This document shows positions 1 through 8,711 of a stretch of 47,970 bases of DNA, piece by piece. Numbering within the stretch: the stretch's first letter is position 1; each line of letters begins with the position of its first letter. The stretch lies in the NCBI GenBank assembly GCA_964621025.1, contig CAZUKQ010000002.1, positions 101,292-149,261 on the forward strand. The letters are read 5' to 3'. Source of the stretch: Candidatus Woesearchaeota archaeon. GTDB taxonomy: Archaea; Nanobdellota; Nanobdellia; Pacearchaeales; GW2011-AR1. The notes beneath the pieces are model-generated. The model made no database searches. It saw nothing but the letters and a program-made list of their open reading frames with translations, and was not told the DNA's origin. The translations under genes and the position numbers were made by a program.

Positions 1-45
1 CTTTAAAGTGACTTTATCGCCAATACTTAGCAACTTTTCTTTCAT
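1..45 (-). CDS. 5' end of an unidentified gene running off the window (MKEKLLSIGDKVTLK...)
   Basis: ATG at 45-43 on the minus strand opens a frame that stays open to position 1. Only 15 codons are visible. Confidence 0.25.
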   Translation of the reverse strand, partial: MKEKLLSIGDKVTLK

Positions 46-66
46 ATTATATCAATATTCCTAACC

Positions 67-74
67 TTTATAAA
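67..74 (+). promoter_or_regulatory. TATA box (TTTATAAA) for the nitroreductase gene
   Basis: Octamer centred about 24.5 nt upstream of the ATG at 95, the same geometry seen at many other genes here. Confidence 0.4.
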
Positions 75-94
75 CTTTTAAACCATATAAAATA

Positions 95-664
95 ATGCAA
101 CTTACAGAGGCGATTAAGGCTAGACAGAGTATTAGAAAATTTTCCGACAAGAAACCAGATTGGAGAAGAATAATTCAGGCGATTGATTCTGCGAGATATA
201 CTCCCATGGCAGGGAACCATTTTTCTTTGAAATTTATTTTAGTTCGAGATGCAGATAAGATAGAAAAACTTGCGAAAGCTTCACAACAAGACTTTGTTAG
301 AACAGCTTATGTCGTTGTAGTAGTTTCAGATTATAATCAGACAAAAAAATTATATGGTGATAATGGAGAGAATTTTGCAAAGCAACAGGCTGGTGCGGCA
401 ATTCAAAATATTCTTTTAACTTTGACAAATTTCGGATTGGATTCTTGTTGGGTTGGTTATTTTGCGGACCATCAGGTTAAATCTGCGTTGAAGATTGGAG
501 ACAATTTTAATGTTGAGGCTTTGATTCCTGTCGGATACAGAAATAAGGGTTTTGCTCATAAAGTTTCTGAGAAACCAGAGTTAGACAATGTTTTATATTT
601 TGATACATGGAAGAATAAGAAGATGTCCGAAGAGTTTAGAGTTAGCGATATGCCGAGAGAATAG
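95..664 (+). CDS. Nitroreductase-family protein
   Basis: N-terminal ARQSIRKF motif typical of nitroreductases; family-typical size (189 aa). Confidence 0.8.
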   Translation: MQLTEAIKARQSIRKFSDKKPDWRRIIQAIDSARYTPMAGNHFSLKFILVRDADKIEKLAKASQQDFVRTAYVVVVVSDYNQTKKLYGDNGENFAKQQAGAAIQNILLTLTNFGLDSCWVGYFADHQVKSALKIGDNFNVEALIPVGYRNKGFAHKVSEKPELDNVLYFDTWKNKKMSEEFRVSDMPRE

Positions 665-704
665 ACTTACAAAGATTTTTAATGTTCTTTACTTCAGAGT
701 TATT

Positions 705-1694
705 ATGGTAGTCCATGTTGGAATTGTTGGAAAAGGAACTATTGGTTCTGAGTTGTATGCAAAAGTTGTAGACAAAGGATGGAAAGTAGATTGGATAGGT
801 AGCACTCAAGGAATTTTCGAAGATTTTGAGGGAAAACAAAAGGTTGGAGAATTAAACGCTTATCCTTCTTTTGTTAAAGGATTAGACGCTGTTTTTTTGA
901 CTATTCCAACTTTTGATAAAGGAGAAACAGCTAAGTATTATTTACAAACTGCAGTGGCTGCTAGAGTTCCAATTATAACTTGTGAGAAAGGAGCACTTTC
1001 AAATTTTTATTCTGAACTTGAAGAAGCTGTAAGAAGTTACAAAATTGGTTATCATGCAACTGTCGGTGGTGGAACAGATATGTTGGATTTTTTACAGAAA
1101 AGAATGGGACTGCAGGTTAGAGAAGTTCATGCAATTGTTAACGGAACATTAAATTATGTTCTCGATGGTTTGTCTAGGGGAAGAAGCTTGGGTGAAGTAA
1201 TTGCAGAATCAGAAAAATTAAAATATGCAGAACCTGGAGCAAAACATCCATTAGATATAGTAAATCAGGAGGCTATAGGCGATGTTCCTATGAAGACAGC
1301 TATTTTATTTAATATAGGAAATTTTACAAAAGAGAAAATGATTGCAAGAGACATTAGAGTTCAAAAAATTGAATCGCACCAGTTGAATAAGTTGCTGAGA
1401 GAAGCAGTAAACAGAAGATATATTGTTTCTATAACAAAAGAATGCGATGAGGAAGAAGATGTCATTTGGGGTTTCAAACATAACCTCGGAGAATGGCATA
1501 TCTCTGCCGGTTTCAAACATGTCAATAGTAATCCATTATTTAGAAAACTTTTAACTAGTGGTGTTGATAATTCTATTTTAACTTCTGAAGGAGATTTTGG
1601 TAAAGATGGAAGTTATGTTTTAAGTGGTCCCGGAGCTGGTCCTGGTCCAACAGCTGGTGCGATGTTAAGAGAAGCTGAACAAATGATAATATGA
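705..1694 (+). CDS. Homoserine dehydrogenase-like oxidoreductase
   Basis: Rossmann VGIVGKGTIGSE immediately after the internal ATG at 705. Catalytic-domain-like ATVGGGTDMLDF and VNGTLNYVL. The track ORF start at 588 overlaps the previous gene. Confidence 0.65.
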   Translation: MVVHVGIVGKGTIGSELYAKVVDKGWKVDWIGSTQGIFEDFEGKQKVGELNAYPSFVKGLDAVFLTIPTFDKGETAKYYLQTAVAARVPIITCEKGALSNFYSELEEAVRSYKIGYHATVGGGTDMLDFLQKRMGLQVREVHAIVNGTLNYVLDGLSRGRSLGEVIAESEKLKYAEPGAKHPLDIVNQEAIGDVPMKTAILFNIGNFTKEKMIARDIRVQKIESHQLNKLLREAVNRRYIVSITKECDEEEDVIWGFKHNLGEWHISAGFKHVNSNPLFRKLLTSGVDNSILTSEGDFGKDGSYVLSGPGAGPGPTAGAMLREAEQMII

Positions 1695-2065
1695 GAAATA
1701 AAAAACCTGAAAGAAATGTTGAGTCGATTGTTGGAGATATTCTTTTACCCAAGTTATATTTTGAAGATATTCTAGATGACTTTGAAGAGGGAAGTGATTC
1801 GTATCTTGCTAAGCCCAAGTTTAAAACGAAAAATTTTGAGCTGTTTTATGGTGGAACCTTTGAGGACTACACAAAGATGGTTAGAGATTTTGTATCTGCA
1901 AGAAAAAGAAATTATAACGGCTTCCGAGACTTTTTAGATGAAAATTCTGAAATTTATTATACGCGAGATATTGCAAATCTTTCTAACAAACAAATTGATT
2001 CTATTTTTGATTTGATTTTAGAATATGAAGGTGAGGCAATTTTGGAAAAGTTGGGAGAAGCTTAG
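1691..2065 (+). CDS. Hypothetical acidic protein (124 aa)
   Basis: ATGA start/stop overlap with the upstream gene suggests translational coupling. No recognisable motif. Confidence 0.5.
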   Translation: MRNKKPERNVESIVGDILLPKLYFEDILDDFEEGSDSYLAKPKFKTKNFELFYGGTFEDYTKMVRDFVSARKRNYNGFRDFLDENSEIYYTRDIANLSNKQIDSIFDLILEYEGEAILEKLGEA

Positions 2066-2343
2066 ATTCTGGTGTATCCTCTTCGTTCGAGAATATCTGC
2101 ATAAGGTTCAATTAAGGGGTTTTTCAAAGTAACCTTCTCTTCAACAATGTGATAAGTTTTGGCTTTTTCGTCTACTTGAATAATCTGTAATGTCGGAGTC
2201 AATATTTCCCTAGAAGCCTTGGCAAAGTTTTCAATACCTACGGGCAATGCTAAATAAGCAGAAGTTAGTCGACCGAAACCAAGGTCTCTAGCCATTTGGT
2301 AAGTAGTTCTTGTAGTTAGTTTACTTTCTAATTGTTCAGGCAT
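2062..2343 (-). CDS. Hypothetical protein (93 aa) downstream of ftsZ
   Basis: Only long ORF in this interval, same strand as ftsZ. TATA-like AATTAATAAA about 25 nt upstream. No family recognised. Confidence 0.45.
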   Translation of the reverse strand: MPEQLESKLTTRTTYQMARDLGFGRLTSAYLALPVGIENFAKASREILTPTLQIIQVDEKAKTYHIVEEKVTLKNPLIEPYADILERRGYTRI

Positions 2344-2451
2344 GATAATTACTTCGGAATGTAATTAATAAACATTTCCAATATTCATAAGAAAAAAAGC
2401 CCTCAAAAAATAAAGGGAGATTAAAATCACCGTGTAAGGTTGTAGTTGAAA

Positions 2452-3537
2452 TTAAGCGAAGTCTTGTAAGCCGAAATCGTTAAAAGCAGTTTTCTTAGAA
2501 CCTGAGTTTCTTTCTTCGTAAGCGGACTTACCAAGAATGTACGGGCTCTTAACACCTGTCATGATAGTAATTACTCGGATTCTTCCTTGGAATTCCTTGT
2601 TAATTCTAGCACCGATGATAACCTGAGCTTCTGGGGACAGATGTTCTGTGACCATTCTACCAATGTTATCAAATTCTTCTAATTTCATATCTGGACCACA
2701 AGTGATGTGTATTAATGCACCAGTTGCGCCCCTGTAATCTACGTCTAGAAGAGGGTGTGTTAAAGCCTGTTGAACTGCAGTCTCTACTCTCGATGTCGAG
2801 TTGTCTTCACCAATACCAATAACTGCTACATCTCCGCCCTTCATAATAGAAGAAACGTCGGCGTAGTCAAGATTGATTAAAGATGGTAATGTGATTGTCT
2901 CAACAATACCTTTAATCATAGTGGAAACAAGTTCATTCGCTACTGCGAAAGCTTGCTCCATTGGTAATTGGCCAGCAATGTCTACAAGTCTGTTATTGTC
3001 AAGAACGATGCAGGTGTCTGCAGCTTCTCTCAATTCTTGTAAACCGAATTCAGCTTTGTCTATTCTTGCTTTTTCAGCTTCGAAAGGCATTGTAACTACC
3101 GCGATAACTACCGCGCCAGCTTCCTTTGCGAGTTGAGCAACTACAGGTACAGCTCCAGTTCCGGAACCTCCTCCCATACCAGCCAAAGTGAAAACCATAT
3201 CCGAACCCGAAACAGCTTTCTTTAGGTCACTAAGGGATTCTTTTGCAGCTTCTCGTCCTCGTTGAGGGTACCCACCACATCCTAATCCTCTTGTCAATTC
3301 TTTACCCATAAGGATCTTTTCATCGCATTTGGTTATAGAAAGATGTAATGCATCAGTGTTTAAACCGTAGATAGTAGCGCCGTTGATGCCTTTGTTGAAA
3401 AGCCATGTTGCCATGTTACAACCACAGCCACCTACTCCGATTACTTTGATGTTTGCCTTACCAGCTTTTAACTCATCGAAATTTATACTGTTCTTATCAG
3501 CATTTGCTATTGCCTCTTTTGCAAAATCTAAAGCCAT
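2452..3537 (-). CDS. ftsZ: Cell division protein FtsZ
   Basis: GVGGCGCN and tubulin signature GMGGGSGTGAVPVVA. GGAGGT Shine-Dalgarno about 10 nt upstream of the ATG. Confidence 0.95.
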   Translation of the reverse strand: MALDFAKEAIANADKNSINFDELKAGKANIKVIGVGGCGCNMATWLFNKGINGATIYGLNTDALHLSITKCDEKILMGKELTRGLGCGGYPQRGREAAKESLSDLKKAVSGSDMVFTLAGMGGGSGTGAVPVVAQLAKEAGAVVIAVVTMPFEAEKARIDKAEFGLQELREAADTCIVLDNNRLVDIAGQLPMEQAFAVANELVSTMIKGIVETITLPSLINLDYADVSSIMKGGDVAVIGIGEDNSTSRVETAVQQALTHPLLDVDYRGATGALIHITCGPDMKLEEFDNIGRMVTEHLSPEAQVIIGARINKEFQGRIRVITIMTGVKSPYILGKSAYEERNSGSKKTAFNDFGLQDFA

Positions 3538-3693
3538 TTATTTATACCTCCTTTCAAATATCATGAAAATTCTAGACGTCTCTTCTTTAAAAATACTTCT
3601 GTGATAATTTATATAGAATTTTTTGAGAAAATTTCATTAATTTATTCCTAAATTTAAGAAAAATATATTTTATCGACGGAGAAAATTATAAAT

Positions 3694-4272
3694 TTATTTT
3701 GATAAAATATCTCTTCTTATTAGTTCATCACCAGGTGTTCCTAAAAGAATTTGTTCTAAAAGTTTTTTTCGTTCTTGAAGTTTGTATTCAGTTAGAAAAT
3801 ATTCCTTCATAAGTTCATAATTGTTTATAGGATTGGTCCCTTTCCAACCAGAGCAATCAGATTTTTCTAGTTGATTTGCATAGGCAGGTAATTCAGAAAT
3901 AATTCTAAAAATTTCTAAATCTGCATGATAACTTCCAAATCGGGTGTTTGATACGGCTTTCTTTTGTATCTGTTTGATTACCGGCTTCCTTTCTAAAAAT
4001 TGTCTCGCATGATATCCTTCATGGTCAATTAATGATGAAGAAAATTCTTCTAAACTAGATATATCAAAAGCCTCTTGGCCCACATATACAATTCTCCTTC
4101 CTTTTTCTGCAACGCAAAGTCTTACTTTCATTATATACCTCTCTCTTCGATAATCTACTCGTCTAATAAATCTTCTAGCATCTTCCAAATCAATAGCGTC
4201 GAGAAATTCTTGTCTAACATCTTCATTTCCGTTTTGTGCAGTTCTATAATCTGATTCTGTTACTTGTGCCAT
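3694..4272 (-). CDS. Hypothetical protein with HExxH motif (putative metallopeptidase-like), third gene of an orphan operon
   Basis: LIDHEGYHARQF contains HEGYH. Lies 5 nt downstream of the preceding ORF. No family recognised. Confidence 0.55.
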   Translation of the reverse strand: MAQVTESDYRTAQNGNEDVRQEFLDAIDLEDARRFIRRVDYRRERYIMKVRLCVAEKGRRIVYVGQEAFDISSLEEFSSSLIDHEGYHARQFLERKPVIKQIQKKAVSNTRFGSYHADLEIFRIISELPAYANQLEKSDCSGWKGTNPINNYELMKEYFLTEYKLQERKKLLEQILLGTPGDELIRRDILSK

Positions 4273-4277
4273 GAAAA

Positions 4278-4940
4278 TTATTTCTTCGGAGCGAAAACAA
4301 AAAGTCTTCCATTTTGTTTAACTGGAACTAATTCAAATTGATTTGCCCTAGGAGAAACTTGTTGAGAAATAAATTTTGTTTTGGCAAAACCTTCTTTTAC
4401 GAAATCATATCTCGGATCTTCAGGCATAATTCGAGGGTATCTTTGGAAAACTGGTCGCATAGCATAGGTTCTAATTCCACCGCCAAATTCTTGTGCAATA
4501 ATGTAGGATAAATAATCTGATGAATGCAATTTTGGAAATCTTCCTACTGCCAAATTGGTGTCGAATTCTATCTCTTCTTTTTTTGTTTTTGCTCTTCTTT
4601 GCATTTCTAACATAAACTGTTCTTTTCTTGCTAGATAATTTCTTGCTCCTTTATAATTTATGTTTGCTAAAAGTTTATTATTTTCGCTACAAAGAAAATT
4701 TTCTCCATCCCCATAAAATAAATTAGAAGTATTTTGCATATTGAATAAACTTGCGTCTATTTGATGTTTCAAAGAACCAACTCCTTTTCGGTTATAATGT
4801 AAAAAGATATTCATATGTCCTACCTGTGTTTCTATAACTGCTCCATCTTTTTGGTCATTTACCCAAGAATAATTTGTCTGACCGGTTATAATCTCGTAAA
4901 GACTTGCTTGCATTTCTTTTAATCTTTGTTTTGGTTTCAT
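4278..4940 (-). CDS. Hypothetical protein (220 aa), middle gene of the orphan operon
   Basis: Long ORF with 1-nt spacing from the upstream ORF. No recognisable motif, TM segment or signal peptide. Confidence 0.55.
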   Translation of the reverse strand: MKPKQRLKEMQASLYEIITGQTNYSWVNDQKDGAVIETQVGHMNIFLHYNRKGVGSLKHQIDASLFNMQNTSNLFYGDGENFLCSENNKLLANINYKGARNYLARKEQFMLEMQRRAKTKKEEIEFDTNLAVGRFPKLHSSDYLSYIIAQEFGGGIRTYAMRPVFQRYPRIMPEDPRYDFVKEGFAKTKFISQQVSPRANQFELVPVKQNGRLFVFAPKK

Positions 4941-4941
4941 A

Positions 4942-5298
4942 TTAATGAGCTCCTTCTAGTTCTCTATAAGGAATTTCATCTACAGGAATACCTGAAGAAA
5001 TTGCTAGCTGTAAAAGTTCTTCCCTCGCAATCATTTTTTCTAAGTCTTCTGTTGCTTTTTGTTCATCTAAACTTCTTTGGCATTCTTGTTGATATCTTTC
5101 TAAAACATTCTCCGCAGTTTTACCAATTCCCAGAGAAATTGCATAAACCTGTCCACGACTCATTTTAGAAATAGGTTTACCTCGATATAATTCATCAGAA
5201 TAAGCCAGTTTAAGTAAATCTCTTTGGCCCTCATAGGAAGTAGGTGTTCCACTTCTTTGGAGACATTCCAATACTTTTTTTGCATTGTCTATTTCCAT
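4942..5298 (-). CDS. Hypothetical small helical protein (118 aa), first gene of the orphan operon
   Basis: ORF with TTTATAAA centred 25.5 nt upstream of the ATG. Possible helix-turn-helix segment SRGQVYAISLGIGKTAENV (weak). Confidence 0.5.
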   Translation of the reverse strand: MEIDNAKKVLECLQRSGTPTSYEGQRDLLKLAYSDELYRGKPISKMSRGQVYAISLGIGKTAENVLERYQQECQRSLDEQKATEDLEKMIAREELLQLAISSGIPVDEIPYRELEGAH

Positions 5299-5319
5299 AA
5301 ATAATCTAAAAAAATCTTA

Positions 5320-5327
5320 TTTATAAA
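5320..5327 (-). promoter_or_regulatory. TATA box (TTTATAAA) for the 5298-3694 operon
   Basis: Centred 25.5 nt from the ATG at 5298. Confidence 0.4.
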
Positions 5328-5372
5328 TCTTTCTATAATGTTGTATCTTATAAGTGGTTACAATTAGTAAGA

Positions 5373-5380
5373 TTTAAATA
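5373..5380 (+). promoter_or_regulatory. TATA box (TTTAAATA) for the histidine kinase gene
   Basis: Centred 25.5 nt upstream of the ATG at 5402. Confidence 0.4.
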
Positions 5381-5401
5381 GTCTTTTTAGGTAAGTTAGT
5401 T

Positions 5402-6184
5402 ATGACAAGTGGAAATCAGGGTGGTTTAGAGAAGGAGTTAGCTGATGCAAATATAAGGCTTCAGCATCTAGACAAAGTCCTTAGATCTTATGCTCACGAT
5501 ATTAGAAATAACTTAGGAGGAATTCAAGGACTTGCAGAAATTATTTACATGGAGGCAGAATCTTCGCCAAATGAATGCGGTAGTTATAATCTTTCAAAAG
5601 AAAGTTTGGAAGAGATTAGAGAAATATCTAAAGTTGCTTCTGATTCAATAGAAATGGCACAAAATTATTTAGCCCTGGCAAGAATAGAAAATGGAACTTA
5701 TGTTCTAAATCCACAACATTTTAATTTCTTAGGTACTATTCATGATGCAGTTAGAGAAGCTACTGTCGATAAGAAAAAAAATGTTAGTGTAGAATATACT
5801 GCTCTTGAAAGAGAAGCTATACAAGATTTTTCACATTACAGTGGTGAGAAAACAAAGATTAAAACAATTGTACAAAACCTAGTCAGAAATGCTTACGAGG
5901 CGGCACCAGAAGATACGAAAATAGGAATTTATCTTGGTTCAGAAGAAGGCAAATTAGTAGTTATGGTTTCTAATAAAGGAACTATTCCTTTAGAATTAAG
6001 AGACCCTGAAAAATTATTTGCATTTGGTGCGACAGCTGGAAAATCTAATGGAAATGGAATCGGAACATATACTGCAAAATTGTTTGCTAAAGCTCACGGA
6101 GGAGACATAACTTTTCATACGAATGACGAATCAAATTCTACACAATTTACTTTATCCTTACCTTTAGAATCTCTCAGAAATTAG
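5402..6184 (+). CDS. Soluble histidine kinase (DHp + HATPase_c only)
   Basis: H-box SYAHDIRNNLGG, N-box NLVRNAYEA, G-box GNGIGTYTAKLFAKAHGG. No TM or sensor domain. Confidence 0.85.
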   Translation: MTSGNQGGLEKELADANIRLQHLDKVLRSYAHDIRNNLGGIQGLAEIIYMEAESSPNECGSYNLSKESLEEIREISKVASDSIEMAQNYLALARIENGTYVLNPQHFNFLGTIHDAVREATVDKKKNVSVEYTALEREAIQDFSHYSGEKTKIKTIVQNLVRNAYEAAPEDTKIGIYLGSEEGKLVVMVSNKGTIPLELRDPEKLFAFGATAGKSNGNGIGTYTAKLFAKAHGGDITFHTNDESNSTQFTLSLPLESLRN

Positions 6185-6186
6185 AC

Positions 6187-6918
6187 TTAAACTTTTGTAG
6201 TCATTAGATCTTTAGGACCTACTACTTCAATTCCTTGTGGACCAATTTTCATTCCAACAGGAGTTCTAATATGATTTGTTCTTCTCATCTTTGTTATTTG
6301 GATTGACCTATCTGCTTCGGATGAAAAAGCCATCTGATTAAACATTATAACTCCGTCAGCTAAGAATTTTAAAACGTCTGTTTCGGACCAACTAGTTTTT
6401 TCTTGGTAAACAGTTGTATCTTCTATAGACTCATCTGCAAGAATAGATGTAATCCTTAATCTTTTCATTAAAGAGGCTAATTCATAGATAACATCTCTTA
6501 TTTTTCCTTGGTGTTCTTCATGTAATGTTAAAACAGTTACGGGGTCAAAACAAATTCTCTGGATTCTATATTTTGTAACAATTTTTGTTAATTCTTCTTT
6601 CAAATCTTCAATGCTTGTTTTTGGAGAGAACTTTAAAAATTTTATTTTCTCTTCGCTGTTTGGTCCAGAAAAATCCCAACCATATGAAGCTGCATCTTTT
6701 AATGTTTCTACAATATCTGGTTCAAAAGAGCAATAAATTCCATTTTCATTATATTTTTGTACACCATTCCATAAAAATTGTAACATAAAAGTTGTTTTTC
6801 CTGCACCTGCTCCGCCTACTATAACATTTGTTGAATTTCTTACTAATCCTCCTTGACAAATCGCATCGAAGCCGTCTATACCTGTCGGACACCTAGTTAA
6901 GATATCACCCTTTTCCAT
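6187..6918 (-). CDS. KaiC/RecA-superfamily ATPase (single KaiC-like domain)
   Basis: GIDGFD...VGGAGAGKTTFMLQF Walker A in the context typical of KaiC/RadA-like ATPases. Confidence 0.85.
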   Translation of the reverse strand: MEKGDILTRCPTGIDGFDAICQGGLVRNSTNVIVGGAGAGKTTFMLQFLWNGVQKYNENGIYCSFEPDIVETLKDAASYGWDFSGPNSEEKIKFLKFSPKTSIEDLKEELTKIVTKYRIQRICFDPVTVLTLHEEHQGKIRDVIYELASLMKRLRITSILADESIEDTTVYQEKTSWSETDVLKFLADGVIMFNQMAFSSEADRSIQITKMRRTNHIRTPVGMKIGPQGIEVVGPKDLMTTKV

Positions 6919-6996
6919 GATTATTAGAGTTGTTTTCTATATTTAAGGGTTTTGAATAATGGACAAATTTAAAAACATCTTTTATCTGGTTAAATT

Positions 6997-8709
6997 ATGA
7001 AAATACTTTCGTTGCATTGCGACTACATTAAGTTTCAGCCGAAGAAAAAAGCGATTAAGACAATTGCAGATTTGAAAGATTTGAGCGAGGTAGAAGTTAA
7101 AGAACCTTTAGGAATTTTTGTTGCTGTTGAAAAATCAGATGAAGTTTCTTTGGAAAAAGTTGTTGACGCTTTAGTTGAAAATGCTTTAGACTTAATGGAA
7201 AAGACTGCTGCTGAGAGAATGGTTCTTTATCCTTACGCACATTTATCTGCTGATTTATCTAAACCAGATTTTGCCGAGGCTGTTTTAGTACAAGCTGAAG
7301 AAAAAATTAAAAAAAAGAAGATTGAAGTTATTAGAGCTCCATTTGGTTATTACAAAACTTTTGAATTAAAATGTAAGGGTCATCCTCTTTCAGAATTGAC
7401 AAGAAGAATTGATTTGAGTGCTAGCGGGAAGGTTGAAGTGAAAGATTTGAGTGATGATGAGAGAATAAAAATGTTACACGAAATTTCAAAATCTAAATTA
7501 GATAGTTCTAAGTTGAAGGACAACGACCATAGAATCCTTGGACAAAAACTTGATTTATGGAGTTTCAATTCTGTTGCACCTGGAATGGTTTTTTGGCATC
7601 CTAAGGGTTTGACAATAAAGAACTCTTTAATTGAACTTTGGAGAGATATGCACAAAAAAGCAGGCTATCAAGAAATATCTACCCCACAAATTATGGATAG
7701 AAAACTTTGGGAAATTTCAGGACACTGGACAAAATATAGCGAGAATAATTTTAAAACAAATTATGAAGGAAGAGACTTTTTAGTTAAACCTATGAACTGC
7801 CCTGGTGGAATGTTGGTTTACAAAACAACTCCGAAATCCTATAAAGATTTACCATTAAGAGTTGGAGAATTAGGAATCGTTCACAGAGTTGAACTTTCAG
7901 GAGTTCTAGCTGGCTTATTCAGATTAATTCAATTTACACAAGATGATGCACATATTTTCTGCACAAAACAACAGTTAGAAAGTGAAATTAGTAAAATTAT
8001 TGATTTAATCGATGAAACTTTAGGCTTGTTTAAAATAAAGATAGATCACGTTGAACTTTCTACAAGACCTGAAAAAAGAATTGGTTCTGATGAAATTTGG
8101 GATTTAGCTGAAAAAGAATTGGAAAACGTTTTGAAGAAAAGAAAAATGAAATATAATATTAATGAGGGCGACGGAGCATTCTATGGTCCTAAAATAGATT
8201 TCCATTTGAAAGATTCTCTTGGTAGGCCTTGGCAGTGTTCTACTATTCAGTTAGATATGGCTTTGCCTGAAAGATTTGATTTAACTTATACCGATGAAAA
8301 AGGTAAAGAACAAAGACCGATTATGTTGCACAGAGTTATCTACGGAGCTATTGAAAGATTTATAGGAATAATCACCGAAGAATTGGACGGAAATTTCCCT
8401 CTTTGGTTAAGCCCTAATCAAATTAAAGTTATGACCTTGACAGATGATAATAAGGAATATGCAAAGAAGGTTTACGATAAACTTATGGAAGAAGGATTCA
8501 GAGTTGAACTTGATGATAGAAGCGAAACAATGGGCAAAAAAGTAGCCGAAGCTCAAATCCAGAGATTTAATTATCTTGTAACTATTGGAAAGAAAGAAGA
8601 GGCTGCTAAGAAGGTTGCAGTTAAAACAAGAGGAAAAAGCGAAATTGTTGAAATGAGTTTGGACAAGTTTATTGGTGAATTGAAGACAGAGATTAAAGAA
8701 AGAAAATAA
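6997..8709 (+). CDS. thrS: Threonine--tRNA ligase, archaeal type with N-terminal editing domain
   Basis: FWHPKG, class II motif 2 RVGELGIVHRVELSG, GAFYGPKIDFH, motif 3 GAIERFIG. The N-terminus MKILSLHCDYIKF resembles the archaeal DTD-like editing domain. Confidence 0.95.
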   Translation: MKILSLHCDYIKFQPKKKAIKTIADLKDLSEVEVKEPLGIFVAVEKSDEVSLEKVVDALVENALDLMEKTAAERMVLYPYAHLSADLSKPDFAEAVLVQAEEKIKKKKIEVIRAPFGYYKTFELKCKGHPLSELTRRIDLSASGKVEVKDLSDDERIKMLHEISKSKLDSSKLKDNDHRILGQKLDLWSFNSVAPGMVFWHPKGLTIKNSLIELWRDMHKKAGYQEISTPQIMDRKLWEISGHWTKYSENNFKTNYEGRDFLVKPMNCPGGMLVYKTTPKSYKDLPLRVGELGIVHRVELSGVLAGLFRLIQFTQDDAHIFCTKQQLESEISKIIDLIDETLGLFKIKIDHVELSTRPEKRIGSDEIWDLAEKELENVLKKRKMKYNINEGDGAFYGPKIDFHLKDSLGRPWQCSTIQLDMALPERFDLTYTDEKGKEQRPIMLHRVIYGAIERFIGIITEELDGNFPLWLSPNQIKVMTLTDDNKEYAKKVYDKLMEEGFRVELDDRSETMGKKVAEAQIQRFNYLVTIGKKEEAAKKVAVKTRGKSEIVEMSLDKFIGELKTEIKERK

Positions 8710-8711
8710 TT

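Noticed and set aside
588-704. Upstream extension of the homoserine dehydrogenase ORF (track start 588)
   Set aside because: It overlaps the 3' end of the nitroreductase gene by 77 nt and encodes a non-homologous peptide. The Rossmann fold begins right after the ATG at 705.
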